A stretch of DNA of 64,000 nt from an uncultured virus (IMG/VR IMGVR_UViG_3300001682_000284). Taxonomy: Duplodnaviria; Heunggongvirae; Uroviricota; Caudoviricetes. A model generated the notes under the pieces. That model had not been told where the DNA came from and made no database searches. It saw only the letters and a list, made by a program, of their open reading frames with translations. Both the position numbers and the translations under genes were made by a program. The stretch lies in the IMG/VR virus record IMGVR_UViG_3300001682_000284; one strand, given 5' to 3'. Shown here one piece after another: positions 45,656-56,991 of this stretch. Within the stretch, counting starts at the first letter, position 1. Each line of letters opens with the position of its first letter.

Positions 45656-47047
45656 ATGCCCGTAAAAAGGTAGAAATTTTAGTATAACGCTTAGTTCTTA
45701 AACAAATTAATCGTTTCAATTATAACAGATCAACGATTCTTGCTTAAAGCAATAGACTTATAGGTGGATACTTATATTGAAAGTTAGCCACATGAATGGC
45801 TTGTAAAGTTCATATTTGACTTTTACAAGGATTACAAGGTTATGCCTACTATGGATTCCATACGGGTCAAGATATAGTAGAAAAAGTAGCCACTATTTAA
45901 ACAATCCCTTTCGACAACATTTATTTCTGTTTTAAATGCATTTTAGTAGGAAAACCTAGAATTCGTTAAGGATTCCGTTATCAATTTTTGTCGATTCCAA
46001 TAGCTTAAGAAAGCAATCACCAAGTCCATAGATTATCTCCAAGAATAGAGTTTTGAACAAATTTATGAATTAATCAACAAAACAAGATACAAGGGGATGG
46101 AGACGGATTTTGGCGTTTAGTATGTATCTTCCTTTGAAGACCGATATACACAATAGTCTCTTTCTTGGGTGGAAACCCCATGGAAGGTCGTTAACAATGT
46201 TCTACGTGGAGGATTACGACAGACTAAATTAGGAGTAATATTAGCTCCACCAGGTGTTGGTAAAAGTTGGGTTCTTTGTAATTTAGCTACGCACGCAATC
46301 AAAACTGGTAAGAAGGTAATTTACTATTCATTGGAAATGACTGAATAGGAAATCGGTAGTAGAGTAGACTCTATGCTATGTAAGAAACCTGTTTAGTATA
46401 TAGAAATGAAGGCAAATTGGGATAAGGTTAAGAAGTTGATTGAACCCTACAGGAATAACCTTAGAATTAAATAGTTTTTACCCAACATGACTAAGGTTGG
46501 GGACATTTAGAATCATATGAACCAATTGGTTCTCTTTTAGAAATTTGATCCTGATCTAATAATTGTTGATTATGGAGATATTCTTAAGAAGGAATCTAGT
46601 TTGAATGATTTATACACTGCTTATGGTGATGCTTACACTAATCTGAAAAGATTGGCTAAACAATATAGAAAGGTAGTGTGGACAGCAAGTCAGGGAAATA
46701 GAAATTCTTTGCAATCTTAGTTTGTTTTAGGTGATAATATAGCTCATTCCTTGGGTAAGTTATAGATAGCAGACTTTGTTTTCTCTATGAGCAGAAAGCA
46801 ATAGGATAAGATGTCTAATACTGCTAGGTTTGTTGTAGTTAAAAACAGAGGTGGAAGGGATGGCAATGTTTACAATGCTATCGTTGATTTTGATATTGGT
46901 TCCATATAGATTTTTGATAATTTCACGCAAAATAGTATAGAAACAAGACAAAAAATGGACAATAACGATAAACTAATGAAACAAACTATTAAAGAAAGAT
47001 TATAGATATTGAGAAAAAATAAAGAGCAATAGGAGAACAAGATATGA
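45656..47047 (+). CDS. DnaB/gp41-like replicative helicase
   Basis: APPGVGKSW, YSLEM, IIVDYGD, WTASQGNR, KNRGG. Confidence 0.9.
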
Positions 47048-47244
47048 ATATTAGTAAAGGTGTAAATCGCTAGTTCACAGATGAATTAGAAGGATTGCTA
47101 AATAAGTATGGAGTAGATGCATTAGTTGGGGTTCAAGACTTTGTTTTGGCTCATACTATAGAACGGATTTTAAATGCGTTAGCCTGGCAAAATGAAGAAG
47201 TTAAAAGATTAAGGGGATCTGGAATGGAGGATAAAGTAATATGA
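47044..47244 (+). CDS. Hypothetical protein
   Basis: F..EL..LLNKY.......DFVLA; ATGA couplings on both sides. Confidence 0.65.
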
Positions 47245-48860
47245 AGATGATAAAGACTTCAGATGAAGCAAGAAATTCGATTAAAACCGGAATTGACAAA
47301 CTAGCAGACTTAGTAAAGGTTACAATCGGACCAAAGGGTAGGAATGTCATTATTTCGAAAAACTATGGTAAGCCAGTTATAACCAATGATGGTGTAACTA
47401 TTGCAAAACAAGTGTAGTTGTAGGACTAGTTTGAAGATTTAGGTGCAAGAATATGTAGGCAGGTAGCAGAAAGGACAAATGAACAGGCTGGGGATGGAAC
47501 CACAACTGCTACTATTTTAGCTCAAGCCATTATTCAATAGGGTAACAATCACTTACAGAAGGGAGTAAATTCTATATTTTTGCAACGCTCCCTTGAAAAG
47601 TATGGGAATGAAATAGTAACATATATTAAGACTCTGGCTAAAGACATATCCAGCCAGCAATAGATTGAGCAGATTGCTTCTATCTCAGCTAATAATGATT
47701 CTTAGATAGGTAAGATTATCTCCATGGCTATTAAGTAGGCGGGAATTTAGGGAGTTATTAATGTTGAAGATTCTAAAACTATGTAGACTTGGCTTGAAAA
47801 GGTAGAAGGAATGTAGATTAATAACGGGTTTATATCCCCTTATTTTATATCTGATTCTGTTAAAATGCAAGTAGAATTAGAAAATGCCTATGTGTTAGTA
47901 TTCAATTCTAAATTATTCAATCCTCAAGAGATGCTTAATATATTGAAACAAGTAGCCGAAAAGAATGTTGCATTACTTATGTTGGTTGAAGATCTTTAGG
48001 GTCAAGCATTAGCGACATTAGTAGTTAACAAAGTTAAGGGAATACTTAATGTTTGTGCAGTAAAGATACCTGGAATGGGTTAGAATAAGAAGGAAATTGC
48101 CATGGACATATGTGCAATTACTGGAGCCGAATACCTTTCTAAGGATTTAGGTCATAAGTTAGAAGATGTCAAACTCTCCCAGTTAGGATTTGCTAAGAAG
48201 GTTATCGTTTCCTAGAACTCCACGATTATAAGAGAGGGTTCAGGAGAAAGAGCTAAATTAGAATAGCGTATTTAGTCTATTAAGTATAAGATTGATAAGT
48301 CTTCATCCTTTTCAGAACAAGAGAGATTACAAAAAAGAATTGCTAGAATATTAGGCGGAATATCAATCGTTCACGTCGGTGCGCAAACCTAGATGCAATT
48401 GAAATAGAAGAAATATAGAATTGAGGACTCATTGCACGCTACTAAGGCTGCAATCGAATAGGGTATTGTACCTGGTGCAGGCAACACTTTACTTCAGTCT
48501 TATCAATATCTTATGACACTAGTGCCTAATACTTAGGAAGAAAGAATAGCTATCTAGATTCTAAAGCAGGCAGTATTATCGCCAACAAAACAGATTATTT
48601 ATAATACAGGTGTGGAAGATACAAAAGAGATAATATCGTAGATTCTAGCCAAGAATGATTTTAATTGGGGCTACAATGCATTAAATAATAAAGTTGAAAA
48701 CTTGTTAGAAGCAGGTGTAATAGATCCAGTTAAGGTAGTTCGTTCAGCTTTGCAAAATGCTATTAGTATTGCAGGCTTGTTCTTAACTACTGAAGGTATC
48801 ATTCTATAGAAGAGAACTTAGGAAAGTGAACAACAAAGTTCAATGTTTAGCGGGATGTGA
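47241..48860 (+). CDS. groEL: Chaperonin GroEL
   Basis: [50 protein letters not shown]. Confidence 0.95.
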
Positions 48861-48862
48861 TA

Positions 48863-49087
48863 ATGGCAGAAATATATAAATACATTATAGGTAAATTAAA
48901 TGTTAATGGGGTAAAGAAATAGAATATTGATTCTTATCTTTAGATGGTTAGTAATAATCTCAAATTAACACAGGGATTTAATAATGTAATTGTAGTTCCA
49001 ACAACTTAGACCGAAAGCAGATTTAAGATTATATATTAGATTAAGGATAATAACGGCAATTACCACATTTAGGATGTTGAAATATGA
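48863..49087 (+). CDS. Hypothetical protein (TAG-recoded)
   Basis: Fills the gap between groEL and nrdJ, ATGA-coupled. Confidence 0.55.
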
Positions 49088-51327
49088 ATGATTTTCAAGT
49101 TTAGATTTGGAAAAATAACTATAAAGCACCGCAAGATAAAACTATTTAGGATACATTCTTAAGGGTTGCTGCCGCAGTAGCTAAGGCAGAGCCTGATAAG
49201 GAAACGAGGGAGCTATTGGCTACTTAGTTTTATAAGATTATGTCCTAGTGGAAGTTTATACCAGGTGGAAGAATCATTGCTAATGCGGGTTCTGGGAATA
49301 AGAAGGCTACGCTATATAATTGCTATGTATATCATCCATATGATTTTGGTATAAGAGACATAGATAGTATGTAGGGAATATTTTAGACTCTTAAGAAGTC
49401 TGCCAAGATTTTAGCATCTTAGGGTGGATTGGGAGTAAACTTATCATTTATAAGACCAAATGGTTCATATATAGTTGGAACAGGGGCTAGAACGCCTGGT
49501 GTTGTTAAGTTCATGGAGCTTTGGGATAAGGCTAGTGATGTTATTACTATGGGTTCTAGTAAAGTTATTCATGATAAGTTCACTAGTAAGGCAAAGAAAA
49601 AGATCCGTAAAGGTGCAATGCTCTGTTTTTCTTAGAATACATTGATATTGACAAACAATGGTTGGATTCCAATAAAATAGGTAATTTAGAAGCTTTAGAA
49701 TGGTGAAGAAGTGTTTGCTATTTTTTAGGATGGAAGGCAATATAAGGCAAAAAATCCAATAATTAATGAACCTTCAGAGATTTATGAAGTTTAGGCTGAA
49801 GATGGTACTAAAATATAGTGCACAGCTGATCATAGATTTGTTGTTTATAATACAAAAACTAATTAGTAGTATTTGAAAGCGGTTTGTGATATTAATCCTT
49901 AGTATTAGCTTATTAAGATCGTTAAAAATAACGATGGCAAATATGCTGACAATCTAGTGGAAATGAACTAGACAAAATTAGAAACACAATATGTGAAATT
50001 AAAGAGTATTACCTTAAAAAGAGTTGAAAAATCGTATGATTTTTAGGTGGAAGAAACTCATCGAATAATAGCTAAGCACCCAGATAGTGAAAACGCATTT
50101 GTAACCAGCAATTGTGCAATGGATATATCTCATCCAGAGATTAAGGATTTCATTATTGCAAAACAGACTTCAAATAGATTGACTAAATTCAATTTATCTG
50201 TGTTAGTTCCTGATAGATTTATGAAAGCACTTGATGCTAATTAGATGTGGAAGTTGTGTTTCCCAGACATTGAGTATGCCAATTATAAAGAATAGTGGGA
50301 TGGCGATTTGTAGAGATGGATTTCTCAAGGCAAGCCTATTGTAGTGTATGAATAGATTCCTGCAAGAGAATTGTGGGATATGATAATGTTATCTACATAC
50401 AACAGAAATGAGCCTGGAATATTGTTCTACGATACCATTAATGATTTGAATCCTGTGGGCTATTGTTAGAGAATACTTACAACTAATCCATGTGGAGAAA
50501 TACCACAGCCTTCAAATGTATGTAATCTTGGCTCTTTGAATTTAGTTCGATTCGTTAATGACGGAAAATTCGATTGGGAAGAGTTTTAGAAGGTAATCAA
50601 GTTAGCGGTCTGTTTTTTAGATAACGTAGCGGATATATCTTTTGTTCCATTAAGCGAATATGAGCAGAAAATAAAATAGAAGCGTAGGATTGGCTTAGGG
50701 GTCATGGGTTTGGGTTCTCTTTTAATGATGATGAAGCTAAAGTTTGGCTCCCATGAAGCTATTGAGTTCGTAGATGAACTGTTTAAATTCAAGGCAGAAG
50801 TATAGCTCATGACGTCAGCATTTTTAGGCAAATCAAAAGGTTCATTTACAGCCTTTGATAGGGAACAATACTTTACTAGTCGTTGGTGGTATGAACTACC
50901 TATTTCTTATAAGATCAAGAGAGAAATAGAAAATATAGGTTAGATGCGTAATAGTGTTCATAGTGATACAGCTCCAACAGGAAATTGTGTTATTAAAGAT
51001 ACAAAAATTAGAACTGAATAGGGTATTAAATCAATTAAAGATATTTTTGAAGAAAATTAGATTGTTTTAAATTAGAATATTAACCAATGGTATTTACCTG
51101 TAAAATAGTTGAAGGTTTTAACTTTAAATGGTTATAAGAGAATAACGGGGTTGTATAACAATAATATTAATAGAGTGTATTAGATTGGTACTAAGGACGA
51201 ACAAATTTCAGGAACGGCTTAGCATAAGGTCTTAGTAAAGGTTAATGATAGTCAAGCTAAATGGGTGAAATTATCTTAGTTGAAATTAGGGGAAAAAATA
51301 TTAATTAAAAAAGATTGCTCCTAGTAA
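49084..51327 (+). CDS. nrdJ: Class II ribonucleotide reductase, N-part, with a mini-intein and a terminal N-intein
   Basis: PGGRI.ANAG, LYNCYV, EPG, TNPCGE, CNLGSLNL, RRIGLG, RNS, APTGN|CVIKDT. Confidence 0.9.
49624..50112 (+). mobile_element. Mini-intein in nrdJ (163 aa)
   Basis: GAML|CFS*NTLILT...CTADHRF...SYDF*VEETH...FVTSN|CAMD. Confidence 0.85.
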
Positions 51328-51370
51328 TTATAATTGATATTAATTAATAGTAATTAGGAGCAAACATTGT

Positions 51371-52408
51371 ATGACATACAAGTAGAAGGTATTTAACGAA
51401 CACCCCTTATAGGAAGCATAGAAAATCTGGAAGAATTATCTATTAAGTATTTCACAATCTAAGTAGGGGTTTATCCATAGATATGGGAAATAGGAGGGGA
51501 TTAAACGATATGAAGTTTTTAAAGAAAAATCTATGCAAACTTAGAAAAATTTCATTAAAAGGTGGGGTGAGGAATAGGGAAGAAGGCGATGGCAAAATTG
51601 TATAAGGAAACGTAATGCAAAAAATCCTAGAAGATTAGAATATTGGTTAGATTGTAGCGATGGAGATTATTAGTTGGCTAAATAGAAATTATCTTAGTAT
51701 CAATCCCACTCAAAAGAATGGTTTATTGAACAATACGGAAAATAGTTGGGATTTAAAAAATATAATTCATGGAGCGTTAATCAAAAGAAGGCTATAACAC
51801 TTGCGCATTAGCAAAATCCAGAAATTGCAGAACGTACTTCGAAAACTTTGAAAATGATTAATAATAAATTAACTAGCTAGTAGAGAAAATAGTTATATAG
51901 TGTAAAACGTAATTACATCAAACAATATGGTTAGGCTTAGGGGTTGATAAGATTTTTTGATATTTACAAATGCAGAAACCATAGAGCTACAAAGTATTCT
52001 TTAATGGGTGTTGAATTTTGTGAATAGATTATTTTGTTATTAACTTCAGATATTAAATTTGATAGCATTAGGTATGGAGCATGTGAGAAATTTTTGTGTA
52101 ATGAATCTGGGAGATTGTATTTCTATGATTTATATTTTAGACTTGGAAGTACACAATTAATTGTTGAATTTAATGGCGATTTTTGGCATGCAAACCCATA
52201 GATTTACACAGAAAATTATATGCATCCCGTTTGTAAAAAAACAGCTAAAGAAATTTGGGAAGAGGATTGCCAAAAATTAGAATTAGCAAAGAAGAATAAT
52301 ATTGAGGTTTATGTGGTTTGGTAGAAGGATTTTATAAATCATAAATAGCGAACAATAGAAAACACAATTAAAATCATAAAGGACGTTTTTAATGGAAGAA
52401 TTGATTAA
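51371..52408 (+). CDS. Free-standing Vsr-like (EDxHD) homing endonuclease inside the fractured nrdJ
   Basis: F..RYG repeats, FYDLYF, IVEFNGDFWHANP, IWEED..K..LA, VW*KDF. Confidence 0.85.
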
Positions 52409-53717
52409 TATTGATAGTTCTCAATTTGAATAGAAAATTGTATCAAAGATTCAAATGTTAGAAGATTACACATATGACATATAGGTAGAAGACTAGCATC
52501 ACTATATTTTAGATAATGGAATAATAAGCCATAATTCAGCTATATTTGCAGGTCAGGTATCTAATGGTATTTAGCCTGTATTTATGAAGGAATACACTCG
52601 TTGGGTTACTATGACTGATTAGTAGGTTGAATAGTTGCAACATAGGCATCAAGACTATTAGATGGATAAATTTACAAGTGGTTATGAGTTATAGAACCAT
52701 ATTTATTAGAAAATTCCAAATCCTAAATTGGGATAGTGGTATTAGACAGCTATTTTCAAGTTTGCTGAAAGAGGTAACGAGCAAATTCTCAGGGGATAGG
52801 TAGATGGAGTAATCTATGAAATTGATAAAAATCGTGGATTAATCAAACCAATGTAGGTTATAGATTATGGTTGGAAATATGTTAAAGAAAACATTTAGAG
52901 TGAAAATTATGATTGGTGTGTAACCACAAACGAATTGACAGTTGAGGATCACATTAATATGCTTGCAACCTCAGCCAAATACATTAACCAGAATCAATCA
53001 AAGACTATTAACATAGTAGAAGACTATTCTTACTAGTAGTTTAAAAATGTCTATACTTCAGCTTGGAAAAAGAAGATAAAGGGTGTAACCTCTTATCGTG
53101 CTGGAACTATGACTGTTGTATTAGAATAGAAAAAGAAGTTATAGGAATAGCAGACTTAGTTGGAGAAGTTATTCAAGGGAAATAATGGGGACATAATATT
53201 CCAAGATGTTAAACTTCCTGAAAAGTCATATGCTCTACAATATAAGGTGAAGGACAAGTATAAGAAGAAATGGTATTTTACCATATCGTTTGCCGATAAA
53301 GAGTTAACCAAGCCTTTTGCTTTCTTCATTAGAACCAACAATAGATAGAGTAATGAAGTAGCAGATTTAGTAATACAGTCCATGTAGGAACTTCTCATAT
53401 CCTTGGGTATTAGAGAAGATTTAATTGCCGATCAGAGATAGAAATATAAAGATCAAACGAATGTAGATAAAATTGGAAGAGCAATAGGAATGGCATTAAG
53501 GCACAATATACCTATTGTAAAAATTGTAGAAACATTGAATACCCATAATGATGGATTATCGACATTAATGTTCCACGTAAAAAAGATTCTTTCTGGATTC
53601 ATTAAGGATGGAACGAAGGTGGCTGGGGGAAATTGTGAAATTTGTGGTAGTACTGAATTAGTTTACCAATCTGGATGTTCAACTTGTAATAATTGCGGGA
53701 GTTCAAAATGTCAATGA
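52392..53717 (+). CDS. nrdJ: C-intein (48 aa) plus class II RNR C-part with a TSCPD-like/Zn-ribbon tail
   Basis: YDI*VED*HHYILDNGIISHN|SAIFAGQVSNGI*PVF, SKTIN, KGVTSYRAG, CEICG...GC..C..CG.SKC. Confidence 0.9.
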
Positions 53718-54349
53718 AAGTTATTAAGAGAAAGTTTATGAGGGCTATTGAAGAATAGCCCCAAAAGGTGGTGTCTGCATCTAATTCTGTTGGGGTTTAG
53801 ATTAAGGATACTGAAAAGGTTAGAACCAATAACAATTAGATATGGTTATACGATGATATTTCCGACCAAAGTCTATATACACTTAAAACCTCAATATATT
53901 CCATAAATCAATTGTATGATCTAATAAAGCTACAATATGGTGGAATGTTAAAGTTTTAGCCAGTAATACATTTACATATAGCTAGCAATGGGGGATGTTG
54001 TTTTTCGGGACTACACATGTATGATATTATTAAACATAACAAGTACCCCATATACACTTATGTGGATGGATTTATAGCATCTGCTGCATCACTTCCATTT
54101 TTGGCTGGTGCTAAGAGATATATGAGTCCTAATGCGTTTATGATGATACATCAATTAAGTACTTGGTTTATTGGAACATTCTAGAATCTAAAAGATTAGT
54201 ACGAAAGCAGTGCTAAAGTAATGAATAAATTCAAATAGGTCTATAAATTCGAATTAAATATGGATGCAGATAAGTTGTAGGAATTGCTAAAAAGGGATAT
54301 ATGGCTTGATAGGTAGTAGGCAAATGCCTTAGGATTCATTAGAGAATGA
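53714..54349 (+). CDS. ClpP-like protease
   Basis: HIASNGG, VDGFIASAAS, MMIHQ, RDIWLD. Confidence 0.85.
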
Positions 54350-54418
54350 ACCAAAATAGCGTGAAGGTTTTTTAGTAAACCAGTTATAATAAAGACAAAG
54401 TTAAAAGGAGAAGTTGTA

Positions 54419-54700
54419 ATGAAAAAGTTTAAGTTTCCTGATTCAACAGTTTGGTTTCTTACTGAAGATGAATACAAAGTCTTTGTTCCGTTCGATATCG
54501 TGAAAGATTTTGAGAAATTTGCAGATAAAAATAAGTTTGCCATTAAAGAGTGTGGAGTATATAATTATACGAATAACAAAAAAAGAATTAACGACAGAAA
54601 TAAAGGAATATTAGCAGATGGCAAAGATTACATTGTTAAAAGAGAATCTAAAGATCTCATTGTATCTTGGTTAAAGTCTGCTTATAAGGAGATTAATTAA
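54419..54700 (+). CDS. Hypothetical protein
   Basis: ORF with RBS, coupled to the next gene. Confidence 0.65.
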   Translation: MKKFKFPDSTVWFLTEDEYKVFVPFDIVKDFEKFADKNKFAIKECGVYNYTNNKKRINDRNKGILADGKDYIVKRESKDLIVSWLKSAYKEIN

Positions 54701-55512
54701 TGGCACAAAAACTATTTGCTTCGCCAGCTATACAATCCATATTGAGAAAGTACAAACCCTTAACAAAGGAATAGGAAATTAAATATACAGAATAGTATAA
54801 AAAGACAAAATCCGATAAATCTGCAACCGCATTGTTAAATGGTGTTTCTCATCTATTTGCCAATAAGATTAACAAGAACTAGGGAGCATTTTTAAAGTAT
54901 GTTCCTGAAGCAACTTATGATGATATATTTAATGCCATGGTATTGCAATTTTTCAAGTTTATCCATGAGTTCAATCCTAAGAAGTCTAAGCTTAATACTT
55001 GGACTGAATATACCATTATGCCAGTTTACAAGGATCCACTAAGGCACATGGGAAATAAGTTTTCTGCAAAGCATAAAACAGTAGATATAGATAAACCCTT
55101 TGCTGGGACAGAAGATACTATAGCAGATATACTTCCAGATGGTAGCGTAGACATATAGGCATAGTGGGAAAGAGGCATTAAAAACCGTAAACTACAGAAC
55201 GCCATAAAAAAGTTAAACTCCCAAGATAGAGATATAATATTGAATCTGATGGGTTATGTTAAACCTCCAAAGAAAGAATGGTCTAAGGTTTTAAAGGATG
55301 GCACTGTTTCAATTAATGCCACCACCATTGCAAGAGGTCTTAACATATCCCCAGATAGAGTAAGAACTCGTGTTGCCAATATCCTCAAAAAACTTAGAAC
55401 GGAATTGGCGTAGAGTAAATTTGATAGATATTTCTAGTTGAACAGGTTAATAGAAAGGTATGATAATCCTAAACGAAAATATTCTAAATATGATATATTA
55501 AACAAGGAGTAA
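54700..55512 (+). CDS. Divergent sigma70-family RNA polymerase sigma factor
   Basis: PLTKE*E (region 1.2), DDIFN, FNPKKSKLNTW (region 2), IDKP...TIADILPD (region 3), IARGLNISPDRVR...LKKLR (region 4). Confidence 0.75.
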
Positions 55513-55516
55513 TGTT

Positions 55517-56236
55517 TTGAACAAGAATTAGTTAACAATATATGAATTATACAGAAAGTTATATAGCAAAATGAAAAATGAAGAATTTGTTATAGATAAA
55601 ACAGGTGCCAAGATGGTTTAGTTGATGCATTGCGCATTTGATTTAGATCCAACTTTGGGTGGTCATTTAAATATAGCAGATATTGCAATAACAAATGAGG
55701 ATTATGTTTAGAGAGAGATTAAGTGGTGCTTAAGCCAGAATTTAGATGTCAGTGAGTTAGTTCCTTATGCTAAGATTTGGAACGAGTGCAAGGGAAATGA
55801 TGATACGGTAAATTCAAATTATGGATGGTGCGTGTATTCCCCTGACAATCATAATCAATTTTAGAAGGCGTATCAAGCATTAGTAGAACAGAAGTAGACT
55901 AGACGTGGTATGTTAATTTATACCAGACCTACTATGCATGAAGATTATAAATAGAATGGAAAGAATGACTTTCTATGTACTCAATTTAATCAGTTCTTGA
56001 TAAGAAACAATAAATTGTAGATGTTCTATGTTATGCGTAGTAATGATGCAAGATATGGTCTATTTATCAATTTCCCATGGGCTTGTTATGTGTATGGGGA
56101 AATGTTGCAGAAACTTCAATTGACTTATCCTGAATTGGAATCAGGAATGATTCATTGGTATAGCACTAGTTTTCATTTGTATTAGAGGCATTTCAAGATG
56201 CTTAAGAAGATGTTTAAAGAATAGGAGAAGGCATGA
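55517..56236 (+). CDS. Thymidylate synthase-fold enzyme (dUMP methylase or hydroxymethylase)
   Basis: NSNYG, DFLCT, MRSNDARYGLFIN (Asn at the dUMP-specificity position), SFHLY*RHF; TTG start after AGGAG. Confidence 0.85.
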
Positions 56237-56742
56237 ATTTTAGTTTAACACGATAGACAAAGAGTCCCAGCAGAGGTCATAAAGAAGATGCGGGAATAGA
56301 TATTTATGTACCAAAACTTACTGATGAATATTGTAAAGATTTCCATTCAATGAATCTAAATTCTTAGTACACATTAGACAGACCACACAATAGAATTATA
56401 ATTAATCCTCATAGTAGAATAAAGCTTCCTACTGGGGTGTATTTCAATATACCAGAAAATAATATGCTTTTGGTGCTAGAAAAGACGAGTGTTCCAAATA
56501 AAACTGGAATTATTAGTGGTGCTAGGGTGATCGATGAAAATTATCAAGGTGAATTTATTGCCTCATTAATTAATACGTCTGATAATGAAGCAATTTTGCA
56601 ATAGGGACAAAAGTTTATACAATTAGTTTTAACTCCCATTCATTAGGATAGAGAATTACAACAAATTAATTTTGAATAGCTATTTACGAATAAACAAACA
56701 ACTCGTGGTAGTGGTGCATTTGGTTCAACAGGATTACATTAA
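56233..56742 (+). CDS. dut: Trimeric dUTPase
   Basis: DAGIDI, PTG, VIDENYQGE, FIQL, RGSGAFGSTG. Confidence 0.9.
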
Positions 56743-56755
56743 GGAGATTATATAA

Positions 56756-56968
56756 ATGAAGATAAGATTAACCCCAATTAAACCAATTTAGGAAGTAAAG
56801 GTCAAAAAAGATTAGAAGAAAGATAAAGCTTAGGTTCTTGAAAAATAGATAATATAGCCAGAAAGAGAAATTTAGACAATTGAAATTCCTAAAGAATAGA
56901 AAATATAGAAAAAAATTGAATAGCCAAAACCTAAAAAAAGGTCTTATAATAAGAAGACTACAGAATAA
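56756..56968 (+). CDS. Small Lys/Glu/Pro-rich protein
   Basis: AGGAG RBS; many TAG codons interspersed with GAA. Confidence 0.55.
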
Positions 56969-56991
56969 TCAAACCCACCAAAGGAGATAAA

